Shown: positions 14,653 through 28,639, counted from the first letter of the stretch. The stretch is DNA of 64,000 bases from Hemiscyllium ocellatum (GCF_020745735.1 NC_083401.1:131375740-131439739); one strand, 5' to 3'. Notes: generated by a model from the sequence alone, not told the origin. A program made the numbers and translations.

Positions 14653-14860
14653 GGTAAAAAATGAGGTCTGCAGATGCTGGAGACCACAGTTGAAAATGTG
14701 TTGCTGGTTAAAGCACAGCCAGTCAGGCAGCATCCAAGGAATAGGAAATTCGACATTTCGGGCATAAGCACTGATGAAGGGCTTATGCCCGAAACGTCGA
14801 ATTTCCTATTCCTTGGATGTTGCCTGACCGGCTGTGCTTTAACCAGCAACACATTTTCAA
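14653..14860. mobile_element. Inverted Penelope-like terminal repeat (family A) with 15-bp TSD
   Basis: 81-bp arms at 14689-14769 and 14781-14861 (3 mismatches). CAATAATAATTATTG at 14638-14652 and 14861-14875. Confidence 0.85.
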
Positions 14861-16487
14861 CAATAATAATTATTGCTCAACTAAATACTTATAAAATGTT
14901 CATTCTTTGGTTATTTGATGAATTTTCACTCAGGCATCGTGATACACTGTTATTGTAGTGCCAATTGATCAGGAACAGAAACAATGCCATCTGTTATAAA
15001 GGGCAACAAAGCAGAAACGGCCATACCACAGACAGGCACATCTTACTTCAGGTAAAATAATGAAACTAATTCTCAGCCAAAAAGTTGAGGATAGTTTGTA
15101 AAATAATAATCCAGTCAACGGGTGCCAATGCAAATTCAGGAAGAACAGATTCTGCAAGTTTAACCCGCTTAGGCTTTTTTTAAGGAAGTGATAGCAAAGT
15201 GTCTGTGGAAAACTAGGAAGTCCTGTAAATTGTTAAGAGTACAACTTAACATTTGTCTGGGCAACAGCACAAAATAAGTGTTAATAAATCAGAAAACACT
15301 TTACTCTCTGTTTGCTTTTCAGTTTAAAAGAGACTGTTGTAAGACAGGCAGTTGATTCTCTATTAAATGCTTTGTATTATCATCCAAGGCCAATTGTAAT
15401 CACTGGACTTCCATTAAAAAAACATTTTCGCAAAGTTCCCAAGCAAAGAGAGATACTTGTTTTGTTAAAAAGTAGAGATTTAAAGTACATTTTGAGACCA
15501 TATTGAAAATAAATTGCTTGAACATAGTGCATCTTTAGTTTGAATTTTATGAGGTGCCATTGTCCCCCTGACCCTGTAAAACAGTAAGTGAGTGAGCGTG
15601 GCCATGATTACAGTGATTTAAAGATGAGAGCAATATTAACTGCCTTAAGGTGAGACTTCTTTGTTCTCCCTTTACTTACCCTCCCCAAGCCCCATTCCCT
15701 CCTCCCTCCGCTCTACCTTAGAAAGTGACAGCCCCATCAAATATCTGGCAGCTGTGCAGTACCAGTGCTGCCAAAGGGGTGTAGTAGCTACCAATTACAA
15801 ACAATCATGCCAAATGGAAGATCTGGTCCAGTCTGGAGTCTTGGTGAGGGGTTTGGGTCCATGTGCAAGAGGCCAAGGGAAGGAATAAAGTGGGTAGTGA
15901 CATGGCAGGTAGCACCTGAGAGCGTCCATTGTCTGACACTAATCAGCATAGCTAAAGCTCCCAGGCTTGCTGCGTGGCATGGTCCTTGCTACTGACAGAG
16001 TGGTGTCTAACCTCCAACATATTGTTACAGCAGTCACGTCAGAGTGGGAAAAGAGGTGGGTGCCGTGCCCAGCAAATGCTTGTTAGGACCACTCCTGTTC
16101 CAAGTCAAACTTTGCAATTGATATTAAACTACGTGATGGGACAGAAATAGGCAACTCCAAAACTACAACATGCATTAGACAAAAGATCCAAGGCAGTAGA
16201 GCAACGCTTAATGCGTGCTAATACAAGCATGTGTCAATGAAAGACAACAGTAAGGGAAACTTGCTGCCTTGTATGCTTCAGGATGGCAACTCAAATAGTT
16301 AAAGCTGTAATCAAATTAAGAGTTGACATTCAACAGCAATCAACAGAACAAATAGACAACTGAAATATATGGCCTAAACAATAGAGAACAAGCAAAAATA
16401 ATTTGGCCAAACTGTTTGGCATGCTCGCCAGCTCGCATTACTGAGCACCACATCCAGTTGCATGTAGATGTTCAAACAGTAAGACTT

Positions 16488-16620
16488 AGAGAAAGTGAGG
16501 ACTGCAGATGCAGGAGATCAGAATCAAAAAGTGTGGAGCTGGAAAAGCACAGCAGGTCGGGCAGCATCTGAGGAGCAGGAGAGTCAATATTTTGGGCATA
16601 AACCCTTCATCAGGAATGTG
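16488..16620 (-). mobile_element. Penelope-like terminal repeat (family A)
   Basis: gctggaaaagcacagcaggtc...cccttcatcaggaat. Confidence 0.72.
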
Positions 16621-16820
16621 TAGGGAAGAGTTACAAAGATGGTTCTTAATGATAGAGGTTGAAGTTAGAAATGATACTTGCAAAAGTTTGGCAATTTTAG
16701 CTTGAAAAGTGACAACTAATGGTAATCTTAGCGGTTTTTAAACAGTAAATGCTGCAGAAATGGTACATTGAGAGAATCATTTCATTTATTGTTAGAGAGA
16801 GATGACTGATAGTAGTTTAA

Positions 16821-16962
16821 ATCAACTAGGTAAAAACAAAGGCTGCAGATGCTGGAAACCAGATTCTAGATTAGAGTGGTGCTGGAAAAGCACAGCAGTT
16901 CAGGCAGCATCCAAGGAGCAGGAAAATCGTGTTTCGGGCAAAAGCCCTTCATCAGGAATAGG
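16821..16962 (-). mobile_element. Penelope-like terminal repeat (family A) with TSD
   Basis: TAGTAGTTTAA at 16810-16820 and 16963-16973. Minus strand reads attcCTGATGAagggcttttgcccGAAAc. Confidence 0.78.
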
Positions 16963-17733
16963 TAGTAGTTTAATCTGAGGGTCCCCACTGCCTCAGATGA
17001 GGAGAAAGTTTGAGAAGGAGAATTCCTTGTCGTACAGGAGTTGAATCTGTGCTATTGGTGTCAGTCTCTATCACAACCCACCCATCCAGCTAACTAATCT
17101 AACTGACCCCCTCCAAAATGTGAGAGTAGAGCATGGGGCCACACTCAAATGACTGAAGAACAAATGTAGGATTATTATCAGAAAAAATTAGACAAACCCT
17201 TAGATAGAATAGTGGAGGCAAAAACTACAAATCATTTCAAAATCAGTTATTGTTGGGATGGAAAACTTTAGAGTCTTTCTAGACAGATGAACTAGAGGAC
17301 CTGAGCTTGCTTTCTCAACTGAAATCATTTGTATTATCCTTGTAGCCATCAACTCAAGTCAGAACTGGTCTGAAACACAGTAGCATGACTGCAACAAAAT
17401 AAATACATTGAATAAGAAATAAACCATATTTGCTCAGTTTTCTACTGCTTTTTGGCTGTAAATGTAAATGGGTCAGAAGTGTGGAGATTTAAAAGGGACA
17501 TGATATCCTATAAAGATGATAGGAAAGCTATCTGCTTAGAATGTCCATGTCGAGTCATATGATACCTAAACATGGGATTCAAATAGCAGTAATTAATGCA
17601 GCGTTCCGCCATATGCTAATCAATCAGGCTGTTGTGGCTCAGTGTACTGTTCCTACCCAGGCTATGGGTGCTGGATTCAAGTTCCACCTGCTCCAGAGGT
17701 GTGTTATCACAGGTTGACTAGAAAATACCTAAG

Positions 17734-17879
17734 GCAAAAGTGGGTACTGCAGATGCTGGAGATTAGAGTCAAGGTTAGAGTGGTGCTGGAAACGCACAAC
17801 AGGTCAGGCAGCATCCGAGGAGCAGGAAAATCGATGTTTCGGGCAAAAGCCCTTCATCCTGATGAATCTAATCTTGTTG
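17734..17879 (-). mobile_element. Penelope-like terminal repeat (family A) with 13-bp TSD
   Basis: GAAAATACCTAAG at 17721-17733 and 17880-17892. Confidence 0.78.
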
Positions 17880-19364
17880 GAAAATACCTAAGCTAATCAA
17901 CAATGTTGTAGTGTAGTGAAAGTGTCCCTATCTGTGGTCCCAGGCAACCTTTTTCAAGTCCCAGGTCGTATGATATCATCAGGTTGATTGAGAATATTTA
18001 AGAGAATATTTGAGAATACTTGAAAGATGGAGAACCTGTATGACCTCCATCAGTTCCTACTTTCCAAACAAATATACAGCTATAGAGTTTGTTTTTTTTT
18101 AAACATCAGGAATTGGAGAACATGTGGCTTCCAGAAATTTTACTTTAGATGTAGCTCAGAAGTATATATAAGCTTATGGTCAATCTTTGTAGGATATAGT
18201 AGGTGCTGGGTGTGAATGCTTTGAATTCTGTTCTCAGAATGGAATGATTTATCAAAACATAGATGCTGGAACAAATACAGTGCAAGGAGATTGTTTGCCC
18301 AATTCAATTTATGGATTATTGTGTCGGCATTCAGACAGCCATCTGTGCTCATAGTTTTCAATACACTTTTGATGATATATATTAAAATAAAATACTGCTG
18401 ACTTGAAACTCTAGACTCAGTTATCAAGCATTTCCTCCCAGGCTGACCAGATTCCTTTGTCAGACTGGCATAAACTTTGTGCTTCATCACATGTTTTCTT
18501 GCTCCTGTGCACAATTCATGCACACATCATATCCAAAACCTCAAGTTTATTCTTTGCAATGTTTATTTCAATCTGAGTAAAGTAAGCCACAAAAATTTGA
18601 AGTTTTAATTATAATTTATTTCAGATACATACTAACTGATCCAGTCATAATCAGAGAACCACCTGCAATTGCTTTTTTCATCATTATCACACCACTACCT
18701 CTGTTGTGACCCAACAATCTGACTTTGGCCACTACAATTTCTTGCCTTTATGCTGCCCTTACCCAGATCTATCTTACCACCACTACCAATCTATATCGGC
18801 TCCAGAAGCGTTTCGAATTTCAAAGTTGTTCAAATCCCTCCATATCCTTGCCCCTCATTATCTTGGTATCGTCTTTCAATACCACAATGCTCTACATTAC
18901 TCCAACTCTGGATCCATTCCTTTCACAAGTTATTAGCTATGCGTCCAGTTATTTATACCCTGAATTCCACATTTCAACCCTTAATCTCCAAATCAGTCTC
19001 TCTTTCCTCTTTGAATACATTCCTTAAAACATACCTTTGAGCAAGCTTCTGGTCACCTGCTATGTCCCCTGATGAGTTTTAGTTGCATTTTTGTCTGATA
19101 ATGCTGCTATGCAGTGCCTCAACTCGGTTTTTGGTCTTCTTTGCAAGCTCTTTTTGTTGCATTCATTACAAACCTCACAACAGTCATTGGAGAATTTAAT
19201 TGCAGAATAATTTGACAGCTAAGAAGAACTTTTAACTTTTCAGCTTTCCTATTCTTATCATAATAACTTTGTCAGCCATTGAGTTTTACTTTCAACTCTA
19301 GAATTCTGTAACTCCTCAAGGAAAATTTGTTGCAAGTTTTTCTGAGGTTTGGTACACATGATCA

Positions 19365-19567
19365 TTGTAGAATCCCCCCAGTGTGGAAGCAGGGCATTCG
19401 GCCCATCAATTCTAATCTGACCCTCTGAAGAACATCCCATTCTCTACCAACCCCCTACCCTGTTCCTGTTACCCTTATTCGCCCATGGCTAATCCACCCA
19501 GCCTGCACATCCCTGGACACTATGGGTCAATTTATCATGGCCAATCCACCTAACCTGCACATCTTTG
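19365..19567 (-). mobile_element. V-SINE 3' half
   Basis: catggccaatccacctaacctgcacatcttt and the typical SINE 3' end. Confidence 0.75.
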
Positions 19568-20206
19568 CCCGATAATATGAAATTAGGAATAGGAATAGGC
19601 CATTCAGCCCCTCGGGCCTGCTCCACCATTCAATGAGATCCTGTTGATCTGTAACCTGACTCCATATATCTGTCTTTGGTCCCTAACCCTTAAAACCTTT
19701 TCATAAAATTAACAACTGATTCTGCATCCACTGCTTTTTCTAGAAGAGAGTCCCAAATATCTACCACTCTTTGTGTATAGAAGTACTTCTTAACATCTCT
19801 CCTCAGTTATCTTACCCTAATTCTCAGACTATGACCCCTATATCCAGAACCCCAAATCAGTGGAAATAGCTTCTCATTTTCTGTTACTTTGTTGAAGATT
19901 TTAATAAAATCACCCCTTAACTTTCTACATTCTAGTGAAAATATACAATTTTCATAATTTCTCCTCATGACTAATCTCCGAAATCTTCTTTGTAAACCTA
20001 CATTGTACTCCCTCCAGAGCCAATATAAACTTCCAAAGATGTAGTGCCCACATCTACTCACTGTACTCCAAATGGGGTCTAAACAGTGTTTTGTATAACA
20101 GCAGCAGAACTTCTGCATCCTTGTACTCCAGATTTCTGGATGTAAAGGCCAATATTCCATTAGCTTTCTTGACTGTTTTCTGCACCTGTTTGTGATATTT
20201 TAAAGG

Positions 20207-20462
20207 CCTTAGCAAGTTTTGAGAAGATTTATAGCTCAGGTTGAGGTTCTGGATGTAAGTTTGCTCACTGAGCTGGAAGGTTTGTTTTCAGACGTTCCGT
20301 CACCATACTTGGTATTTTAAAGGCTTCATTCCTGAGAAGGGCTTTTGCCCGAAACGTTGATTTTCCTGGTGTTCAGATGCTGCCTGACCTGCTGTGCTTT
20401 TCCAGCACCACACTAATCTTGATTCTAATCTCCAGCATCTGCAGTACCTGCTCCTACCTAAG
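20207..20462. mobile_element. Two adjacent short inserts (20207-20312 another Penelope-like family, minus; 20324-20462 family A, plus)
   Basis: TATT(T/G)TAAAGG occurs three times: 20196, 20313 and 20463. Confidence 0.7.
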
Positions 20463-21360
20463 TATTGTAAAGGTCTGTGCACCTAAATGCCTAAGTCTCT
20501 TTGGCCATCCACTGTATTTCCCTTCATACCTTTAGAATGTACCTTGTTGTTTTGTTCCAAAATCCATAACCTCTCACTTGCTTACATTGAACTCCATCTG
20601 CCAGAGTTTTCTCCATTCACTTTGTCTATTAATTTCCCTTTGTAGCTATATGCTACCATCTACATGGTCTTCAATGCCCTCTAACTTTGTGGCATCAGCA
20701 AATATAACTTTCAGTGCTAAGTTGTTCATAAATAATGTGAATAATTGAGGCCCTAACACCGATTCTTGTGGGACACCATTGTTCATATCTGCCAATTTGA
20801 GTACCTACCCATTATTCCAACTTTCTGTGCCCTGCCACACAACTAAGTTCCTAGCCATGTCAGTAAATTAGCCTCAATTCTGTGGGCATCTACCTTTGTT
20901 AAGATTCTCTCGTGTGGGACTTTATTAAGTACCTCTGGAAATCCACAGAAACAACATCCATTGACGTTAGTTACCTCTTCAAAACATTCAATGAGATTTG
21001 TCAGGCATGACTGACCTGTTATGAATTCATGCTGAGTCTCCTTAATTGGCTGGAAATATTCAATGTGTTCCATTACATCATCCTTGACTAGATTCCAACA
21101 AGTTCCACACCATAAATGTTAGGCTAACTAGTCTATAATTCCCTGGCTTTCCTCTTTTGCTCTTCTTAAAAAGCAGAGTGACATGTAATTTTCCAGTCCA
21201 AGGAAATGATTCATGTATTTAGGGAACTCTGAAAGATTACAGTTAGGGCATTTACGGTGTGCTCCTCTACTTCCTTTAACACTCTCGGATGGAAAGCATC
21301 ATGTCTTGGGAATTTGTCATTCTTTAATTCCATTAATTTCCACATTACTGATGTTTTAAT

Positions 21361-22570
21361 TAGATGTCATCTGCAAACTTATTAACTATACCTCCTACGT
21401 TCACATCCAAATCATTTATATAAATGATGAAAAGTAGTGGACCCAGCACCGATCCTTGTGGCACCCCATTTGTCACGGGCCTCCAGTCTGAAAAGCAACC
21501 CTCCATGACCACCCTCTTTCTGCTACCATAGAGCCAGTGCTGCATCCAGATGGCTAGTTGTCCCTGTTTTCCATAGATCTAACCTTGCTAACCAGTCTCC
21601 CATTAGGAACCTTGTCGAATGCCTTACTGAAGTCCTGTTTGATCACGTCCACTGCTCTTCCCTCATCAATCCTCTTTGTTGTTTCTTCAAAAAACTCAAT
21701 CAAGTTTGTGAGACATGATTTCCCATGCACAAAGCCATGCTAACTATCCCTGATCAGTCCTTGTCTTTGGGCTGAGGAGTAGCAAATGGATTTAGATAAA
21801 TTAGATAAATACAAGATGCTGCATTTTCGAAAAGCAAATCAAAGCAGGACTTATACACTTAATAAAAAGGTCCTGGGGGGTGTTGCTGAGCAAAGAGTGC
21901 ATGTTCATAGCTCCTTGCAAGTAGAGTCATAGGTAGGTAGGATAGTGAAGAAGCCATTTGGTATGCTTTTCTTTATTGGTCATAGCATTGAGTACAGGAG
22001 TTGGGAGGTCATGTTGTGGCTGTACAGGACTTTGGGTAGGCCACTGTTAGAATATTGCGTGCAATTCTGGTCTCCTTTCTATCGGAAAGATGGTGTGGAA
22101 CTTGAAAGGGTTCAGAAAAGGATGTTGCAAGGTTGGAGGATTTGAGCTATAGGGAGAGGCTGAACAGGCTGGGGCTGTTTTCTCTGGTGTGAGGGGTGAC
22201 CTTGTAGAGGTTTATAAAATCATGAGGAGCTTTGATAGGGACAAAGCATCTTCCGTGGGGTGGGGAAGTCCAGAACTAGAGGGTATAGGTTTAGGGTGAG
22301 AGGGGAAAGATACAAAGGGACCCAAAGGGCAACCTGTTCACGCAGAGAGTGGTGAGTGTATGGAATGAGCTGCCAGAGGAAGTGGTGGAGGCTGGTACAA
22401 TTACAGTACTTAAAAGGCATCTGGATGGGTATATGAATAGGAAGGGTTTAGAGGAATGTGGGCCAAGTGCTGGCAAATGGGGCTATATTAATTTAGCATA
22501 TCTGGTCGACGTGGATGAGTTGGACCAAAGGGGCTGTTTCCGTGCTGTACATCACTATGACTCTATGACT
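21361..22570. mobile_element. CR1 insertion with 5' inversion (21361-21767 minus; 21768-22570 plus)
   Basis: Minus part: [10 protein letters not shown]...FADD. Plus part starts at WAEE*QM and runs through LEYCVQFWSP and WNELPEEVVEAG to the tail actatgactctatgact. Confidence 0.85.
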
Positions 22571-25139
22571 AACATTTATTTAAAACAACCCCTATTCCTG
22601 ATCCACTATTAATTTCCTGGGACTTCCAGCAAGTTATCCTTTTCCTTTGTAAATACTGAGACAAAGTAATTATACAACGTGTGTACCATTTCCCGATGTC
22701 ATCACTTTCAGCCCTTTATCGGGCCAAGGGTGTCACTGGCTAGGCCAACAATATTCTGTTCAGGAGTCACATGTAAGGAGACCAGTTTCCTTTCCTGAAG
22801 GACAATAGTGAACCAGATGAGTTTTTCCAACACTCAACAATGGATTCATGGTCATCATTAGACTCCTAATTCTAGGTTTTGTTTTCCAATTCACGTTCCA
22901 TTATCTGCCATGGCAGGATTTAAACCCAAGTGCCCAGGTCATTACTTGTGTCTCTGGTACAGCAGTCCAGCGATAATGCCACCAGGCCATCATCTTCCCA
23001 GTGTTGACAAGCTGCTTTCTCTTACTGTATGAAATTCCTTTTTATTCTTTTTGATGTCCCTGGCCAGTTTCCTTTCATAATCACTTTCAGGAGCTCTTAT
23101 AAATTGCTCTGTGGTCGTTTAATGGTCCTTAGGTAGCCTTTGTATATTTCCCATTCAGCAGAATCTGTCCTTTTTCTTTGCATTGTTAAAAGCTTTTTAG
23201 TTTTATGCTGCCCCTTAACTCTTTAATTGTCCATAGATAGTTTTTCTGTGTAGTGCAGCTTTTCCGTCTCAGGGGTATAATTTGGTTTAGTATCGCACTA
23301 AATGTTACCGTAACCATCCTCCACTGTTCTTCAGTTGTTTCAGCCATCTGCCAGTTTACTGCGGGTCTTAATATCATGGTTGTTCTTAAATCCTGAATAG
23401 AAACAGTTTGAATTTGGTTTTAATGTTGTCATTTTAGTCTGTGTAAATTGTTCCAAATGCAGTGTTTAGCTGTTGTGCAGAATGTGCTACCACTTATCAC
23501 CTAGTTATTTCACTGATTAGAGATGCGAATGAGAAATGAGACAACTATTCAGTGTCACCTAATACCGTATGACAACTAAATGCTGCATTTGGAACTCAAG
23601 AGCTAAAAACGACAATTTGTTCATCTACATGCACAAAAAGTTTTTTTACTGTAGTAATTATTTATTTCTGAGATAGCATTGAATTTCACTGATGCACTGA
23701 ATTTCAACTCGACAAAAATCGACTGGTTGCTATTGATTTCCTTTTTTCATTAGTTCTCCTTTTGTAAGTTATGCGCATATTTCCTAAATTAGATTTCAAG
23801 ATTTTACCAAACCATTTGGGTTTAAATATTGCTTTCACATCTTGCACCTTGATATCACACCCATGCCAGTAGTATGTGAGTTGTGATATTTGTAAATTAA
23901 AAAGATGCACATCAGCGATGTTTGCTAGCACAAGATGTAACTTGCTATCGGTACATTAAATGACAGTGGGTAAATGTGGAGAAGAATCACAGGGAAGTCA
24001 GTCCTCAACGGGTACCACACGATTTGGAACTTTTTCACTTAGAGAATCATGGAGCGCTAGGGGTCCTTCCTATAGTCTCATGTAATTTCTGAACTCTAAC
24101 TAGTGACTATTTTCAATTTCCCAGTTGGCAAAGCTAATGAGGATAAGCTTAAAGATGAGACAGCTAATCAAGATAAAACTTGAGTGAAGAGCTTTTGAAC
24201 TCACTCACTGCTGAGACTGAACACCGTCAGCTAACCCCAATCGTTTAATGACCATTAATCTGATTTACTCTAATTCCCATGCATTTTGCAACTTCCACAC
24301 TCCACCTCAATGTTTAAAGCCTTGAATCTACAACATTGCTTGCTTCCCTGCATTGTGGATTACCCTGACCATCCTTGCTAACTAGCAACCTGAAAATAAG
24401 AAGTGGATGTACTGGGTTTACAGAGACCTGTGCCTGCTTGTGACTTCACAGACCCAGGCACTCAATTCTTTTCACCTGTCTGACACCATGGAGATAGATC
24501 ATTTATGCTTTTGTCATTTGGACATTGAGAAAGCTGCCTGCTCTGTCTGCCCAATGATGTTGATATGAGGCTCAATCAATATTGATGGTGAGTATGAACC
24601 ATCAGCGATAATTGCAGCATTTATAAATACAGTCAGTTCTGATAGAACGCGATAGTTCCATCCTCAGGTCATCTCATGTGATAAGAAAATCATGTAATAG
24701 CTGCACCATTTAAACTAATGGGGTCAGAATCATGTCACAGTCAATACAGGGAAGGAAAGTTCATGTTCTACAAATAACGGTCTGAATTCTTCAATCGCAT
24801 TAAAGCCAATTCACATTGAAGAAACACACATTGTAGCAGAACCGATTGTAGCCCACATTGGGGAGCCTGGGGCTTCTAGCTGGCTGATCTCTTACAGCCA
24901 GGCTGTATTTGTTAAAAGCAAGGGGGAGGTTTTATTGGTTGAGTCTGTAAGATACAATACACATGACACAAGTTTCCAGCACCCACTGAATTTCTGATAC
25001 TGCAGAGGTAGTACATATTCACAGAGCCAAGCGGGCTTTTCCCTCAGATAGTAGGTATGTACTCTGTTCTATTAATATGGTGTTGTAATTTTAGCCTTTG
25101 TAAATTGCTGGCTTTATCCTTTGCTTTGTTCCAAATGGT

Positions 25140-25475
25140 GAGGCCCATTGAGTTTGCTCTGCCATTCATTCATGGCTGATAAGGTCCACAACCTAATTCT
25201 CTTGCTTTTTCCCCGTCACCCTTGATACTCAAGAACCTATCTCAATCTTCAATATACTCAGTGACCTGGCCTCCACAGCCTTCTGTTGCAGTGAATTCCA
25301 AAGATTCACTGCTCTCTGGCTGAAGAAGTTTCTCCTTATCTCTATTCTAAAAGGTCTTCCCTTCACTCTAAAGCTGTGTCCTTGGGTCCTGGTCTCTCCC
25401 AACAAGGGAAACATCTTCCCAACGTCCACTCTGTCCAGGCCATTCAGGATTCTGGAAGTTTCAATTAGATTCACC
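25140..25475 (-). mobile_element. CR1 3' fragment
   Basis: GLDRVDVGKMFPL...RRNFFSQRAVNLWNSL. Confidence 0.85.
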
Positions 25476-27377
25476 TTTTCATGAAAGTGATGCTTACATT
25501 TTTGAACCCACTGTACTTCAGGCAGTATTATGCAGATAACTGCAAAGTAGGTCCGTGAGATTTGGACATTTTCCTCATGTATTGACTTCTGTTCTAACAT
25601 CTAACATGACAGCCGGCATTGTATTGTTTATCTCTTTCAGTTTTAGAAAGGATTCTTTTAATCATACAAACAGTCCCATAAAACACATCAGAAAAATTCA
25701 AATATTATACCTTCTTAATATTTAATTCTGGGAAATGTTCTGCCCTAGCATAACAGCAAGAAGATTCAATGATAATAGAAAGCTCGGCCTTTCTGCAGGA
25801 GTTAGGCAATTATGTCCGATGTCCAGTGGCCTATGCTGTAGCCGTACATGTCAAATACAGTGTAGTGAAAATTCTCTCTTGCTGTTACTGAAGGGACAGA
25901 ATTTTCCTTTCCCTAACCAGTGGGCTTGCTGGCAGGATGGAGAGGTCTGCCCTGACCACTCTGTGGTATTGCAGAGGAAGGAGTGAATCCTTCTCCAGCT
26001 GTACTTGCTAGATTGAGGCCCTTACATATTTTCTTTATTTTTTTCTTGGGATGAGTGTATTGCTGGATTTCACCCCCTCAGTACATTCCTCACGCCTCAC
26101 CTCCCCTTCTATCTGCAAGACCTCCCTCCTACACTTACTTGGCCATAGAATCCAGAACCTACCACCTGCAACTGCCTGTAGACTTAGTCCCATTCCTGTT
26201 CGCTGCAGCGTCTGGCACTGCTAGACTGGACAGCTGCCAGCCAATCTGATTGCTGGAGGTTCTATAGGAGCAAGTTACTGCAGATGCTGAATCTGTACAT
26301 CTGTACTGAAGACAACCAATGCTGGAGATCACAGCAGATCACATGGTATCCACAGAGGCACAGTAATCAGACCTGAGGGAGAGTCATCTAGACTCCCATA
26401 TACCTGCTGTACTCATCTTTCTAGCGGTCATAGGTTTAGAAAGTGTTGTCAAAGAAGATTGAGTGAGTTACTGTGGTGTATCTTGTAGATGGTACTCATT
26501 GCTGATACTGTGCCAATGGTGAAGGTATCGAATGTTGAAGATGGCGGATGTGGTGCCGTACAAGGGGGTTGCTTTCTCCTGGATTGTGTCAAATATCTGG
26601 AGTAGTATAAGAGATATTTTCATCCAAACAAATGGTCAGTATTCCATTACATCCTTGACTTACACATTGTAGATGATAGAAAAGCATTGAGTAGACAAGA
26701 AGTAAGTTACTCACTGCAGAATGCCTAGCCACAGTATTTATGGATAGTCCTGGTCTATTAGTTCCGGTCTCTCATGGATCTCAGATGTTGACAGTTGGGG
26801 ATTCAGAGATGTTACTCTCACTGAATGTCAAGGGACAATGGTTAGATTTTGTCTTGTTGGAGATGAGCATTGCCTGTCATATGTGTCGACATGAATGTTA
26901 CTTGCCACTTTTCAGCTCAACATTCTGCCCTGATTGGATTTGGATTTGCTCAGATTGCTAGAAGCTAGTTAGAAAAATAGCCATTTTCTTGCATGCAGAA
27001 TCTTCAATAGTGCCTTTCACAGCACACTAGTGCTCACATGAAAACATGAATTCCTCAACTCACCAGCAGCCTCGAGTACATCAGTCCACTAGCACACACA
27101 GATTAGGGTCAAATCTTGTTTTTATTTCCCGTGTCTGAACACTCTTTAAGAGTGAAAATACAATGACCTCTCACCCAGACTGTTGTTTTTTCTCCCATTG
27201 TGTTCATGGTCTCAATAACAGCAGGAGAGTACAGATTAGGTTGAAACACATTCCCCCCTTTGAAGCTTCTTTGACACCGTCAAGTATAGTTTTCGAGAAT
27301 TCCTCTACAGAGTGCTGCTGGATTTACATCCACAGTCATTTTTTTGGTTGTATCTCCATTATTAAAAGGAAACAAAG

Positions 27378-28012
27378 TTAGAGTCATAGAGTCATAGAAA
27401 TGTACAGCACGGAAACAGACCCTTCCGTCCAACCCCTCCATGCCGACCAGATATCCCAACCAATCTAGTCCCACCTGTCAGCACCCAGCCCATATCCCTC
27501 CAAACCCTTCCTATTCATATACCCATCCAAATGCCTCTTAAATGTTGCAATTGTACCAGCCTCCACCACTTCCTCTGGCAGCTCATTCCATACATGTACC
27601 ACCCTCTGTGTGAAAAAGTCACCCCTTAGGTCTCTTTTATATCTTTCCACTCTCACCCTAAACCTATGCCCTCTGGTTCTGGACTCCCTGACCCCAGGGA
27701 AAAGACTTTGTCTATTTATCCTATCCATGTCCCTCATAATTTTGTAAATCTTTATAAGGTCACCCCTCAGCCTCCGATGCTCCAACGAAAACAGCCCCAG
27801 CCTGTTCAGCCTCTCCCTATAGCTCAAATCCTCCAACCCTGGCAATATCATATAAATCTTTTCTGAACCCTTTCAAGTTTCACAACATCTTTCCAATAGG
27901 AAGGAGACCAGAATTGCATGCAATTTTCCAACAGTGGTCTAATCAATGTCCTGTACAGCCACAACATGACCTCCCAACTCCTGTACTCAATACTCTGACC
28001 AATAAAGGAAAA
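27378..28012 (-). mobile_element. CR1 3' fragment
   Basis: LSYRERLNRLGLFSLEHRRLRGDLI...WNELPEEVVEAG; (agagtcat)n tail at 27380-27398. Confidence 0.92.
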
Positions 28013-28639
28013 CATTGTAGTTAAAAGCTCTGTATATCCATAGGTAATCTAGGATGATGAAAGCTAGCTATGTGACTCCAAAAATGGAGAATTTGCCCAC
28101 TAATTGACTCCAGTTGTGCTAGGGCTCCTTGATGCTACACTCACTTGAATGCTGCCTTGATGTAAGGGCGATTTCTATGACCTCACCTCTCTGAGCGAGG
28201 TACTGAAGTCCCCTCTCTAGCCAGTTAACAAACACTCAAAATGGACTGGGATAGCAAGCAAATTCACCCCAAAATCCTGCAGGAACATTTGCTGATGGGA
28301 CGTTGTTTCCACAAGTTGAGCTGTCAGAATCTGAGAATAGCTGCTCCTCTGATTACAGGCCAGTTTTCTGTCAGATTTGTTGCTGATAGGCATATGTCAG
28401 CAGAAACCATGGGAAAGAAGCAGCCTATGATTGGGGCAACAGTGAGAAGATGATGCTACCAGTCAACTGAAGGTGGTGGAGGGCAGGGAACACGAATTGA
28501 AGCCACACTGGAGAATCAAAGCTGGTGGGGATGAAATTGTGAGGGATAGGATCTGCAATTCGGAATTGGGATTATGAAAGAGAAACTGAAAAGGCAGGGG
28601 ATGGAAGAGGGTCTGTAAGAGGGATAATGTGTGTACAAA

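Larger units (their letters stand above)
19575..23390 (-). mobile_element. Old CR1 LINE hosting nested insertions (20207-20462 and 21361-22570)
   Basis: Minus-strand motifs QHEFITGQSCLTNLIECFEEVT and SLECRKLRGDFI. The element appears to resume after the nested CR1. Confidence 0.75.

Noticed and set aside
14634-14958. Mirror-image ORFs on both strands (MLLVKAQPVRQHPRNRKFD...)
   Set aside because: A consequence of the inverted repeat; not coding.
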